Made by a program: the position numbers and the translations under genes. A stretch of DNA of 64,000 bases. It comes from Ktedonobacterales bacterium (GTDB lineage: Bacteria > Chloroflexota > Ktedonobacteria > Ktedonobacterales > DATBGS01). Shown in pieces: positions 1 to 9,313 of the stretch. The stretch covers positions 37,001-101,000 of the forward strand of contig DATBHW010000047.1 in the NCBI GenBank assembly GCA_036557285.1, given 5' to 3'. Under the pieces are notes generated by a model. It was not told the origin of the DNA, made no database searches, and saw nothing but the letters and a program-made list of their open reading frames with translations. The number at the start of each line of letters is the position of its first letter. Position 1 is the stretch's first letter.

Positions 1-196
1 GGCGGGGCGGCGGCCTGTACCGCCAGCCTCCGTGCTGGCCCAACGTTGGCCTGCTGGTCCGTTGCTCTGGGGGCGAGCGTCCGCGCTTTCGAGCGGCTCG
101 CCGCCAGGGACGGCGGCGGTACAGGCAGGAGGCCATCGCCTGTACCGCCAGCCTCCGTGCTGGCGCGGGCGGGGCGGGGTGTGGCGCGCCATCTCC
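1..196. repeat. Family-A GC-rich hairpin-module repeat cluster (truncated by window edge)
   Basis: CTGTACCGCC / GGCGGCGGTACAGG arms plus the CAACGTTGGCCTGCTGGTCCGT core. The same building blocks occur at more than 20 other intergenic loci here. Ends about 14 bp from the stop of 210..1217. Confidence 0.8.
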
Positions 197-209
197 TCAG
201 TATGGCTCG

Positions 210-1217
210 CTATTGCAGGCAGGGATCAGCGCCGCTCTCATCGCCGAAGCAGTGGCCGTTCTGGAGGAGAATCACCACCTTTTTGATGCCCGCAAACTGC
301 TTCAGGGTCGCTGTGATCTCCGCCTTCACCCGCGCATCCGCTCCAACACCAGGGCTGCTGGTTGGGCGGCAGAACTGCACCGTCGCCGTCCCCTGCTCCG
401 CGCTGTTCCCCTTCATATTAAGCTTCAACTGAAAGTCTGGCCCGCCTGTCGGGTTGGGGGCCGCGCAAGCCGCGCTCGATGGCCCCGTGAACAGGCTGTT
501 GAGTTCCGAGAAGTAGCCCTCGCTGCGCTCCTCCGGCGTCGGCCCCGCGATCAACAATTGGACGGAAAACGCCTCGATGTCTGTGGTTGATGCCGCGAAG
601 CGATCAACAGCATACACGGCATCCGGTGTCGTGAGCGGGAACTTCGAGAAATAGACCGTGACGGGTATCCCGCCCGCAGGGATACTCGCGGTCCCTGAAG
701 CCGTAGCGACCGGCGTCGTCGTCGTCCCGCCCGGCGTGGCGGTTTGCCCGTTGGACGAGTTATGTATGCGGCTTGCCAGCAGCGCGGCGCTCACCAGAGC
801 GATCACCAGCACGGCAGCCACAGTCGTCAACACTGGGATCAGACGGCGCGTTGAGCGGCGCGGCTCCGGGCGCTCCGGGAAAATAGGCGTTGGCTCGGTA
901 TCGGCGGTGTACGACGGGCGCATAGGTAGCTCCCTTCTAGGGAGGGGAACGGGCGCGGCCTCGTTCCGCCTCTGGCGGTCCTCGGCGGCCCACAGGGCCA
1001 GCAGTTTTGGCGGTAAACCCTCCAGCGGCGCAGGGCCGGGTAAACGCTCAACAGCGGCGTCCAGGCGCGCATAAGCGGCATAGACCGCCGCGCACGCCGC
1101 GCACGTAGCAAGATGCGCTTCAAGGGCAGCACGCTCAGTTGGCTCCAGGTCGGCTGGGTGCGTGGCAGCCAGCTTCAGTCGCCATTGCTGGCAAGGCTGG
1201 GGCAGGGGCGGCGTCAA
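210..1217 (-). CDS. Anti-sigma factor: zf-HC2-like N-terminus, one TM helix, GerMN-like C-terminal domain
   Basis: 335-aa ORF. N-terminal HLATCAACAAVYAAY motif, TM segment VLTTVAAVLVIALVSAALLA, C-terminal LLIAGPTPEERSEGYF segment. The TTG start overlaps the upstream sigma stop (TTGA), which suggests translational coupling. Confidence 0.75.
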   Translation of the reverse strand: MTPPLPQPCQQWRLKLAATHPADLEPTERAALEAHLATCAACAAVYAAYARLDAAVERLPGPAPLEGLPPKLLALWAAEDRQRRNEAAPVPLPRRELPMRPSYTADTEPTPIFPERPEPRRSTRRLIPVLTTVAAVLVIALVSAALLASRIHNSSNGQTATPGGTTTTPVATASGTASIPAGGIPVTVYFSKFPLTTPDAVYAVDRFAASTTDIEAFSVQLLIAGPTPEERSEGYFSELNSLFTGPSSAACAAPNPTGGPDFQLKLNMKGNSAEQGTATVQFCRPTSSPGVGADARVKAEITATLKQFAGIKKVVILLQNGHCFGDESGADPCLQ

Positions 1218-1843
1218 CGTGCGAACCCTCCTTTCATGGGGTGAGAGGATTCATCCTCCAATCGCTGATAGGCCCGACGAAACTCCTCGCGGCCCCGGCT
1301 CACATAGACGCTGACGCTCTTTTCGGTCAGGTGCAGCAGGCGCGCGATCTCGCGCTGGCTAAAGCCGCCCTCCAACTGCAAGAGCAAACACATCCGATAT
1401 TTCGGCGTTAGCTGCTCCAGGGCCGCCCTCACCTGCTGGGCCTCGCCCACCTGGGCCTCTGGTCCGGCAGTGGTCGGATAGTGGGCCGCCTGTGGATCGC
1501 CCGGTTCGGCCCAGGGCAGCCAGCGCGCCAGCCGTCCCTGGCGCAGATACGAGCGAGCCTGATTCGTGGCAATCCGATAGAGCCAGGGACCAAAACGACT
1601 GGGATCGCGGAGGTCTGGTAAGGAGCGCCAGGCTGCAAAGAACGTCTCCTGGGCCAGATCGCGCCCCGCTTCGTCGTTGCCCACCACATGCGCCAGATAG
1701 CGACAGATGGGAGCGTTATACAGATGAAAGAGCGCGGTAAAGGCAGCGCGATCTCCAACCCGCGCCCGCTCCACCATCGCCGTCACCGACGCATCAGGAT
1801 CAGGCAGCGGGGGCGGGATCGCGCTCAGCGCGAACGGAAACAT
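1214..1843 (-). CDS. ECF-type RNA polymerase sigma-70 family factor
   Basis: 209 aa. Region 2 (AQETFFAAW, WLYRIATNQARSYLR) and region 4 HTH (FSQREIARLLHLTEKSVSVYVSRGR). GGGAGGA RBS about 5 nt upstream of the ATG. Confidence 0.9.
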   Translation of the reverse strand: MFPFALSAIPPPLPDPDASVTAMVERARVGDRAAFTALFHLYNAPICRYLAHVVGNDEAGRDLAQETFFAAWRSLPDLRDPSRFGPWLYRIATNQARSYLRQGRLARWLPWAEPGDPQAAHYPTTAGPEAQVGEAQQVRAALEQLTPKYRMCLLLQLEGGFSQREIARLLHLTEKSVSVYVSRGREEFRRAYQRLEDESSHPMKGGFAR

Positions 1844-1937
1844 CTCGCTCCTCCCGCATCTATGCCTTCCGCATAGATGTCTTCTGGCTATTCTCCTTGA
1901 CGCAAGAAAGCAACGAAACCCTACAAACCAACTGATA

Positions 1938-2030
1938 CGCTACGTGCAGCGCCGCCGTCTCGGCGGCCAATCCGTAGCGCCGCCGTCTCGGCGGTGCTAC
2001 AAGTGGCAGCCGCCTATACCGCCGCGTCTA
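1938..2030. repeat. Family-A hairpin repeats (two GCCGCC-GTCTCG-GCGGC units)
   Basis: GCAGCGCCGCCGTCTCGGCGGC and GTAGCGCCGCCGTCTCGGCGGTGCTACAAGTGG, in the intergenic gap between the sigma gene and the hydrolase gene. Confidence 0.8.
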
Positions 2031-2065
2031 GCGGCATCGCCGGAGGAGCATAGTGGAGGGGGAAG

Positions 2066-2887
2066 TTAGCTCGCCAGGAAAGCCAGCACATCGCGGTTAT
2101 ACTCGTCGGCGCGCTCGATAATGGGGATATGCCCCGTATCGGGATAGAGGATGAGCCGCGCGCCGGGGATATGCTGCGCCAGATACTTCCCGTTCTCCAC
2201 CGGAACCAGCGGGTCCACTTCGCCATGCGCCACCAGCGTCGGGACGTGAATCTGGCCCAGCCGATCAGAGGCATTATGTGCCGTACACGCCTGTAACTGG
2301 CGCATATACGCCTCGGCGGGCTGCGGGCGATAGCGCGCGTTTTCGACAATGCGCTCCATGACCTCCGGGTGACTCTCGGCGTAGCCCGGAGCCATGATCA
2401 TAGTATAGCTCTGGCGGCTCACTTCGCCAGGGTCCATCCCCCGCCGATCCCGCCCCAACATCGCCAGCATCTCCGGCCCAGGCTGCACATGGGTTGGCCC
2501 ACCGGCAGAAGTAGCGGTCAGCACCAGCTTTTCCACCAGCGCCGGATGACGCAGCGTCAGTTCCAGCGAGATGAAGCCCCCCATCGAAATGCCCACGATA
2601 TGGGCGCGCTCCACGCCCAGCGCCTTCAGCACCGCCGCAGCGTCATCCGCCTGATCCGCAGTGCTGTATGGGCCGGACGCCAGATCGCTATCACCAGTAT
2701 CGCGGTGGTCCAGCGCAATCGTGCGGTACGTCTGCCCAAAGACCTTCAACTGCTTAAACCACCCCAGCCGCTTCGAGCCAAGGCCCGTCAGCAATAAGAC
2801 CGTCCCTTTGGGGTCAGGCGGGCTGACCTCATCATAGGCCATCGCGCGCCCAGCAAGCATCACTTTCGAGGGGGTTTGGACCTGCAT
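2066..2887 (-). CDS. Alpha/beta-fold hydrolase
   Basis: Nucleophile elbow GISMGG and a C-terminal GHIP motif. Start moved to the internal ATG (MQVQTPSK) preceded by AAGGAG at 6 nt. The track ORF extends to 2986. Confidence 0.85.
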   Translation of the reverse strand: MQVQTPSKVMLAGRAMAYDEVSPPDPKGTVLLLTGLGSKRLGWFKQLKVFGQTYRTIALDHRDTGDSDLASGPYSTADQADDAAAVLKALGVERAHIVGISMGGFISLELTLRHPALVEKLVLTATSAGGPTHVQPGPEMLAMLGRDRRGMDPGEVSRQSYTMIMAPGYAESHPEVMERIVENARYRPQPAEAYMRQLQACTAHNASDRLGQIHVPTLVAHGEVDPLVPVENGKYLAQHIPGARLILYPDTGHIPIIERADEYNRDVLAFLAS

Positions 2888-2915
2888 GGTTACTCCTTCT
2901 TGTGGAAACGCCCGG

Positions 2916-5414
2916 TCAACGTCCAGATTTTGGCGTCCGCGCGGGCAGCAGAGGACGCCGAATAAGGCTCGGAATGCTGGGAACATCTACATCGTCGGGA
3001 AGATTCCTGGCCTCTTCGGCGGCGCGCGCGCTCTCTTCGCCCGCCTGAATACATTGCTGCGCCAGTTCCAGCAAGCCGTTGGCAATCTCTTCCGCGCGGG
3101 ATGCGGCCATGCCCAGCCGACGCGCCACGCGCTCGTGCGCCTGACCATCCAGCGGGCCTGACGATAGGTTCCCCGTTCCCGCCCTGGTTGCATCCGCCGA
3201 TGCAGGCGCGGCGGCAGGCATCCTGGGCGTCGTATCGCCCGCGCGCAGCCCCGCGAGCCGCTCCAGCATCTGCAAGGCGCTCAGCCCCGTCTTCTGCTCC
3301 GCCGCTGGCTGAGGCGCAGCGGGCGGCTGGGGCGCAGCCGAAGCGGGCGCCTGGCCCGCGCCCTGGATTTCTGGCAGAGCAGCCGTCTCCTGAATGGTGC
3401 GCGCCAGGCGCTGAGCAACCTCAGCCGCCGTCTGGATCGTCGCCGCCGCTGTGTGCAGCCGCTCAGCCTGCCTGGTAAACTGGCTGATCAGCAGATCGCT
3501 GTGCTGGCGCACCTGGGCTAGCTGGGCCGGATCGGCCCTGGGCGCGCTGCGCAGCCGTTCCTCCAGCCCCTCGCGCTCGGCCTGCAAACGCTGCTCGTGC
3601 ATCTGGCGCTCGGTGAGCAACCGCTGTTCGACGGTATGCAGCGCAGCCTCAGCCGCCGCCACACGCGCCTCAGCGGCTTGCGCCTGCTCCTGCAATCGCT
3701 GGCGTTCGCGCTTCCATTGTTCCTCAGTCGCCTGCGCCACCTGGCGCTCCGAGTGCAGGTGCCCTTCCAGCGTCTGCGTCATCTCCTGCGCGGCCTGGCG
3801 CTGCAACTGCGCCTCTTGCTCCAGTTCCTGGCGGGCAGCCTCCAACTGCTGCTGCGCCTGGTAATGTTCTTCCTCATATTGTTGGACCGTCATTTGCAAA
3901 CCGATCAGCCGCGTGCGCACCTGCACGACGCTCATCATCAGCCCATCCAACGGAGAGCCGCCGGGCGTGGGCAGTTCCGGCAAATCGTGCATTTCGCCCA
4001 GCGCCAATCGCCCCAGCGCATCCGTCAAAACGCGAATCAGGCGCGTCTCGCGGCCACGATCACGGTCATTGAGTTGACGGTCCATTCCCTCCAGTAAGCC
4101 GTTCAGGCGATCAGCCAGCGGCGTCAGTTCGCGGTCCAAAGCGCCTACCCGCGCTTGATAGTCGCCGTAGCCAAAGCGCGCCAGCGTCTCCATCACGTAG
4201 TTCAGACTCTCCTGGCGCGCGCGCGCCTGAATAAGCTGACTGGAGCGCAGCTGATCGACTCGCTCCTCTGCCAGCGCCACATCGCGCTCCAGCGCGCGGC
4301 GCTGCTCTGCCACCTGGCGCGACTCAAAGAGGCTCACCAGATGGCGCGCGCCAATCAGCGCCACCAGCAGGCTGGCGCACACCAGCGCCACCAGCATCTC
4401 TGTGGGGCTGCTGGCCCTGGTCAGCGCGTGCGCCAGAATAACGCCCACCACCACAACGGTCAGCGCAAAAGGCAAGGCCATCCAGATGCCAGAGCCTTCC
4501 TCATCGAGCGCAGACTCCTCTTCATCGGCTGACTTGCGGCCCCCGCCGCGCAGACGCAGCAGCGCGCCCAGGCCAACAGCCAGGTAGCCAGCGTTCCAGA
4601 CAGCCTGAAGGGGCGAGTTGGAAGGCGCGAGTTGACCAGGCGTCTGGACTATGCTGACAAAATCAGCGCCGACCAGCAGCAGCATCGCCAGCCCCAGGAT
4701 ACCCAGCGCGCTAGAGAGGGGGCTGTGTCCCGCGCCCACCGAGCGCAGGGCAAAGGTCAGCCCGCCCAGCAGGAGCAGGTCACTGACACAGATAGCCAGC
4801 GTCGTCAACTGCCCGGCGCTCAGCGGGCCATCCGTCACCAGAGCGAGCGGAACCAGCACAAAGTAGATTACCGCCGCCATCCCCGTGCCAACCACCAGCA
4901 GGCCATCGAAGAACCGCCCCAGCCGCGTCAGCGCCTTCGTACCCTGCGTGGGCGGGGGAAAGAGCAGAAATGCCAGGAAAAATCCGATGCTCTGGACGAT
5001 CAGCGCCAGGCTCGCCACCGAAGGATAGCTTCCCGCCAGGCTTACGGGGAGATTGGTATTGGATGAAGCCGGAACAAAGCGGGTTCCTTGCGCCACCAGC
5101 ACCCCCAGGCAGGCCAGGCCCAGCAGCACCCACGCGCCGCGCTCACGCCCCTGCAACGCCACGCTGACCAGTAAGCAGCTTCCCAGCGCAAAAAGCCCGC
5201 TAATCATGGGAACGCCTAGCTCCACCAGCCCTAAATGCGTGCCGCTGGAGAGCGCCAGGGCCAGCGCCAGAAAGCCTTCGGCCACCACAGCGAGCAGCAC
5301 GCCTCCGGCCAGGGGCAGCCGACTGGCCGGAGAGGATACAGCGGAGGGCCGCGCATCATCGGGCGGTTCCCCTGTCTCAGCGAACATATCTGATCTACCA
5401 GGAAAAATAGACAT
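2916..5414 (-). CDS. Large polytopic membrane protein with HAMP-like segment and long Q/E/A-rich coiled coil
   Basis: 832 aa. About 8-10 hydrophobic helices at the N-terminus, then GDYQARVGALDRELTPLADRLNGLLEGM (HAMP-like), then about 300 aa of heptad-like Q/E/R/A sequence. No catalytic motif recognised. Confidence 0.7.
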   Translation of the reverse strand: MSIFPGRSDMFAETGEPPDDARPSAVSSPASRLPLAGGVLLAVVAEGFLALALALSSGTHLGLVELGVPMISGLFALGSCLLVSVALQGRERGAWVLLGLACLGVLVAQGTRFVPASSNTNLPVSLAGSYPSVASLALIVQSIGFFLAFLLFPPPTQGTKALTRLGRFFDGLLVVGTGMAAVIYFVLVPLALVTDGPLSAGQLTTLAICVSDLLLLGGLTFALRSVGAGHSPLSSALGILGLAMLLLVGADFVSIVQTPGQLAPSNSPLQAVWNAGYLAVGLGALLRLRGGGRKSADEEESALDEEGSGIWMALPFALTVVVVGVILAHALTRASSPTEMLVALVCASLLVALIGARHLVSLFESRQVAEQRRALERDVALAEERVDQLRSSQLIQARARQESLNYVMETLARFGYGDYQARVGALDRELTPLADRLNGLLEGMDRQLNDRDRGRETRLIRVLTDALGRLALGEMHDLPELPTPGGSPLDGLMMSVVQVRTRLIGLQMTVQQYEEEHYQAQQQLEAARQELEQEAQLQRQAAQEMTQTLEGHLHSERQVAQATEEQWKRERQRLQEQAQAAEARVAAAEAALHTVEQRLLTERQMHEQRLQAEREGLEERLRSAPRADPAQLAQVRQHSDLLISQFTRQAERLHTAAATIQTAAEVAQRLARTIQETAALPEIQGAGQAPASAAPQPPAAPQPAAEQKTGLSALQMLERLAGLRAGDTTPRMPAAAPASADATRAGTGNLSSGPLDGQAHERVARRLGMAASRAEEIANGLLELAQQCIQAGEESARAAEEARNLPDDVDVPSIPSLIRRPLLPARTPKSGR

Positions 5415-5506
5415 GAGGTCGCCTCTTCTGAGTGCGGTATTCCCTTTCCATCTGAGCGGTTGGCGCTATTCTAGCTACTCAGCCCTCTTCCGTCAAGCAT
5501 CTAGTA

Positions 5507-5685
5507 CCTATCGGGGATTGCCACTTGTACCGCCGCCTTCCAGGCGGCTCAACGCTGCGCCAGGGCGAGCGTGCGCCCTCCAGGCCACCGTACCAGCAAG
5601 CCAGCGTCCAGCCGCCAGGATGGCGGCTGTCACTTGTAGCGCCGCCATCCTGGCGGCTAGTCGCTTACCGCCTATACCGCCAGCC
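5507..5685. repeat. Family-A repeat cluster
   Basis: CCTATCGGGG terminus, then ACTTGTACCGCCGCCTTCCAGGCGGC ... GCCGCCAGGATGGCGGC units. Ends about 9 bp from the stop of 5694..6215. Confidence 0.85.
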
Positions 5686-5693
5686 CCCTGCGC

Positions 5694-6215
5694 TCAGGCG
5701 GCCCGTTCCGTCTGCACAGCCTGACGCCAGACCCGCGCCAGCGCCCCCTTGAAGCGCCGCTGCGCCGCCTCCACTCCCTCTCGCTGCTCCAGCGCGCCAT
5801 ACCCCTGCCCGATGCGCACCAGGCTCACCGCCAGCGCCCAGTAGCGCACCTCCCACGCCAGCCAGCCGGGCCGCCGCATTGCCGCCTCTGGCGCTGCGGT
5901 CAACTGCACCAGCCGCCGCAGTTCCCCCACCAGCAGCCACCCCAGCCAGGCGTCACTGCGCCACGCCTCCTGCCGCTCGAAGGGCTGCCTCCGCGTCTCG
6001 GCGGCGAACACCTCCGCCACTTCCTGCTCGTCCTCGGCGCTCAGCGCCGCCAGCCCGCGCCCCTGGCGCGCCGCCAGCAATGCCGCCAGCCAGGGGCCAA
6101 GCGCCTCTGCCACCTGCCGCGCCAGGGGCAGCATGGCCCACACCGGCCCCACCGTCCGCCGCACTTCCTCGGGCCGAATGCCCGACACGCCCGACCCCAG
6201 CCAGGCGACATACAC
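5694..6215 (-). CDS. Hypothetical protein (W/R/A-rich, no family recognised)
   Basis: 173-aa ORF with GTG start and GGGAG about 9 nt upstream. The sequence is non-repetitive and protein-like, but GC-rich shadow ORFs overlap it, so coding status is uncertain. Confidence 0.45.
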   Translation of the reverse strand: MYVAWLGSGVSGIRPEEVRRTVGPVWAMLPLARQVAEALGPWLAALLAARQGRGLAALSAEDEQEVAEVFAAETRRQPFERQEAWRSDAWLGWLLVGELRRLVQLTAAPEAAMRRPGWLAWEVRYWALAVSLVRIGQGYGALEQREGVEAAQRRFKGALARVWRQAVQTERAA

Positions 6216-6482
6216 CTGCCACCGCTCCCGAAAGGCTCCACGCCTGGGTCGTTCTCCTTCTGCCTTTGCCTACGCATCACCAACACACCGCCTCCCAGGC
6301 ACAAGCGGCCACCCCCACACAGGCCCACGCCCGGCCAGCGCGCGGAGGGAAAGCGCCGCGTGGGAGCTTTGCCCCCACACAGCGCAGGCGCTGTGTGGGA
6401 GCTTTGCCCCCACACAGCGCCTGCGCTCGCACACCCGGCACCGTGGCGTCCCAACCCGCCAGGAGATGGCCGCTCAGGAAGA

Positions 6483-6510
6483 TTGACCCATCATACCAGG
6501 ATGGTACAAT
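6483..6510 (+). promoter_or_regulatory. Sigma-70-like promoter, TTGACC-16 nt-TACAAT with a TG extended -10, no obvious downstream gene
   Basis: TTGACC at 6483-6488 and TGgTACAAT at 6502-6510. The downstream 170 nt contain several hairpins and then run into a repeat cluster. Confidence 0.4.
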
Positions 6511-6686
6511 CCCACACAGCCCCATCTCCTGGTCTTCCCAGGTCTGGGGTATGATGCGGCAGCGATATGACGCTGACCGCATCAGCCGTTCTCATGCTGG
6601 AAATGTGCTGCAACGCTCCCATCAGGGAGCGTCTGCTGCTATCCTACCGTACCGCGTTCGCGCCTGTCAAGCGTTTAGGACGTTTG

Positions 6687-7052
6687 GGTTTCCACCACCT
6701 ATCGGGGCCGCGCCTGTACCGCCGCCGTCCCGGCGGCCCACCGCTGCGCCAGGGCGAGCGTGCGCCCTCCAGGCCACCGTCACTTGTAGCGCCGCCGTCC
6801 CGGCGGCCACCGCTGCGCCAGGGCGAACGTGCGCCCTCCAGGCCACCGTCACTTGTACCGCCGCCATCCTGGCGGCTCAACGCTGCGCCAGGGCGAACAT
6901 GCGCCCTCCAGGCCACCGTACCAGCAAGCCAGCGTCCAGCCGCCAGGATGGCGGCGCTACCAGTGAAGGCCGCGCGCGCTGCGGGCGGGGAGTCCCTGAA
7001 GAGGGACTTGGTGGCGGCGTGCCGCCTCCAGGCGCGGTTTTAACCGCCAGCC
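6687..7052. repeat. Family-A repeat cluster with three tandem 69-bp modules
   Basis: GGTTTCCACCACCTATCGGGG terminus. Module starts at 6781 and 6850 are exactly 69 bp apart. The right part carries the GGGGAGTCC...GGCGCGGTTTTAACCGCC submotif also seen at 44705-44772. Confidence 0.9.
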
Positions 7053-7057
7053 TCTTA

Positions 7058-7912
7058 TCAGAGCAGCGTATCTAACCAGGCGGCAATGCCCGCGCCTACC
7101 TCCTGTTCATGCCCGCTGTACGGGTGATTCGCGCCCACGAACAGTCGGGTATCAACGCGGCTGGCAGCCGTCGCCTGGCTCCGAATGCGTTCTAGCTCTT
7201 GCGCGCCGCCAACATCTCCCCCGGTCCCATAGAACAGCAGCAGCGGGCAGCGAATCTGCCCAATCAGCGGCTCCGGTGTCGTCACGCCAAACATACCAAG
7301 CGCCGCGCGAGCTTCAGGGGTCCAATCGAGCAGCGTTCGGGCGCTGAGCGTGCCATCCGGGCCAAACGATCCCCAGGGCAGCAGTTCGCTGCCGCGCCCT
7401 TGCTCAACCAGCCGCTGCGCTGTCGCACGTACCTCAGCGGCGATAGGCGGGAATGTGATCGGCGCAGGTGAAGCGCAGACCAGCCCCGCAACCTGTGGAT
7501 GCTGGCGCTGCGCTTGATAGGCGACGATTTTCGCGCTGCCCAGGCTATGCCCCAGCAGCGCGACACCCCGAAACCCAAGGCCCAGCGCGAAATCTACCCA
7601 CGCCCCAATATCCAGCGGGCAATCTTGAAAGCGTTCCCAGCCAGCCCCAATGACCGTGTAGCCGCCGTGTTGCTCGACGATCTCGCCAAAGGCCCAGCCG
7701 CGATTATTGCCCGTCACAGACGCATAACCCTGACCAGCCAGCGCCCGGCTGACCAGCAGGTGCAGCGGATGCGCGAAACTGATGTCCCAGCCGGGGACAT
7801 GCACCACCACGACAGGCTTGCTGGGTCCGATGGGCCGGATAACCGCCCCGTTGAGCCGTATGCCATCTTCACTCTGAATCCAGACTAACTCTTCGCTATA
7901 GGTCTTCTCCAT
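7058..7912 (-). CDS. Alpha/beta-fold hydrolase
   Basis: GHSLGS nucleophile elbow. Start taken at the internal ATG (MEKTYSEE) with a GAAGGGG RBS. The track ORF starts at a GTG at 7936. Confidence 0.8.
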   Translation of the reverse strand: MEKTYSEELVWIQSEDGIRLNGAVIRPIGPSKPVVVVHVPGWDISFAHPLHLLVSRALAGQGYASVTGNNRGWAFGEIVEQHGGYTVIGAGWERFQDCPLDIGAWVDFALGLGFRGVALLGHSLGSAKIVAYQAQRQHPQVAGLVCASPAPITFPPIAAEVRATAQRLVEQGRGSELLPWGSFGPDGTLSARTLLDWTPEARAALGMFGVTTPEPLIGQIRCPLLLFYGTGGDVGGAQELERIRSQATAASRVDTRLFVGANHPYSGHEQEVGAGIAAWLDTLL

Positions 7913-7972
7913 AAATGGCCCCTTCTTATGGTACACTCTCTACTAGAGAGATAGAGGCGCAAACGCGCCAGC

Positions 7973-9298
7973 ATGTTTGCCCATCCCCTTGCCCGAAGAG
8001 AGGAAGCAGGCGCCGCAATGTTCAATCACGCTTCAATCAGCGCCGTCAACGGTTCGACCTTCTCTGAACGATTTGTCAAACCCCTCTACGACTCCTATTG
8101 CTTCTCCAACCTGCCCGCAGCCATTGCCCGGCTCCTCACCGGCCAGGGGCCATCTCCTCTGCCGCCCGATGTTTTCGGTGATCTGCCCACCCGCTATGAC
8201 ACGGTGATTTTTCTCTTTGCTGACGCCTTTGGCTGGCGCTTCTTCGAGCGTTACGCCGACCAGTACAGCATCCTCAAGACGATGATCACAGACGGCGTGG
8301 TTTCCAAACTCACCTCCCAATTCCCCTCCACCACCTCCGCGCATATGACCACCATTCATACCGGCCTGAACGTGGGGCAGAGCGGAGTCTATGAATGGTA
8401 CTATTACGAGCCGCTCGTTGATACGATCATTTCGCCGCTGCGCTTCGCCTATGGCAGCGATAGAAATACGCCCGACACCCTCCGGCGCTCTGCCGTCCCG
8501 CCGCCTGCTTTTTTCCCTGAGCAGACGCTGTACCAATCGCTCCAGGCGCAGGGGGTCGCCTCCCATGTCTTCCAATGGCATCACTACGCCCACTCGACCT
8601 ACAGCGAGATCGTTGGCCGGGGCGCGGCGCTCCACGCCTACACGTCGCTTCAAGAAGCGTTCTCCAGCCTGGCCGAACTCGTAACGGCCAGAGTCGCAGG
8701 CCCGACCTATTATTTTCTCTACTTTGACCGCATTGACAGCATCGGCCACGCTGCCGGACCAACCTCAAAGCGTTTCGACGAAACCGTCGAAAGCTATCTC
8801 ACCGCCCTTGACCAGTGCTTGTACCAGCGGGTGCGCGGCAAAGCGGGCAAAGCCCTGTTGATCCTGACCGCCGATCATGGGCAGGTGGATGTGGACCCGC
8901 TGGCAACCTGCTACCTCAATCTCCAGATCCCGGAACTGGCGCGCGCCTTCAGAACGAACGCGCAAGGCGCGCCAATCGTCCCGGCAGGCTCCCCACGCGA
9001 CATGTTTCTCTATATACAGGAAGAGCAGCTTGCAGAATCGCTTGCCCTGCTCCAGCAGCGCCTGGCAGGCAAGGCCGAAGTCTATCCGGTTCAGGAATTG
9101 CTCGCGCAGGGCTTCTTCGGGCCACAGGCACCATCGCCAGCGTTGTCAGGCCGCCTGGGCAACGTCGTCATTCTGCCCTACGCGGGGGAAACGGTCTGGT
9201 GGTTGGAGCCAGGCGTCTATGACATGACCTTCTTTGGGCATCATGGCGGGCTGACGCCCCACGAAATGGAGATACCGCTGCTGCTCTTGCCGCTCTGA
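7973..9298 (+). CDS. Alkaline-phosphatase-superfamily protein (type I phosphodiesterase / nucleotide pyrophosphatase-like)
   Basis: FLFADAFGW, QFPSTTSAHMTTIHTG and LILTADHGQ motifs typical of the AP/NPP metal-site core. Alternative start at 8018. Confidence 0.8.
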   Translation: MFAHPLARREEAGAAMFNHASISAVNGSTFSERFVKPLYDSYCFSNLPAAIARLLTGQGPSPLPPDVFGDLPTRYDTVIFLFADAFGWRFFERYADQYSILKTMITDGVVSKLTSQFPSTTSAHMTTIHTGLNVGQSGVYEWYYYEPLVDTIISPLRFAYGSDRNTPDTLRRSAVPPPAFFPEQTLYQSLQAQGVASHVFQWHHYAHSTYSEIVGRGAALHAYTSLQEAFSSLAELVTARVAGPTYYFLYFDRIDSIGHAAGPTSKRFDETVESYLTALDQCLYQRVRGKAGKALLILTADHGQVDVDPLATCYLNLQIPELARAFRTNAQGAPIVPAGSPRDMFLYIQEEQLAESLALLQQRLAGKAEVYPVQELLAQGFFGPQAPSPALSGRLGNVVILPYAGETVWWLEPGVYDMTFFGHHGGLTPHEMEIPLLLLPL

Positions 9299-9313
9299 CA
9301 CGCGAGCATACGC

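Noticed and set aside
5879-7075. 398-aa ORF and similar long ORFs across repeat DNA (28395..29270, 43162..43617, 14282..14809, 54496..55134, 62828..63652, 44480..44864)
   Set aside because: Their sequences are P/A/R/G-rich translations of repeat units (recurrent LVAPPSRRP / AALQV strings). They stay open only because the 69-bp modules are in frame and the GC content is high. None has an RBS.
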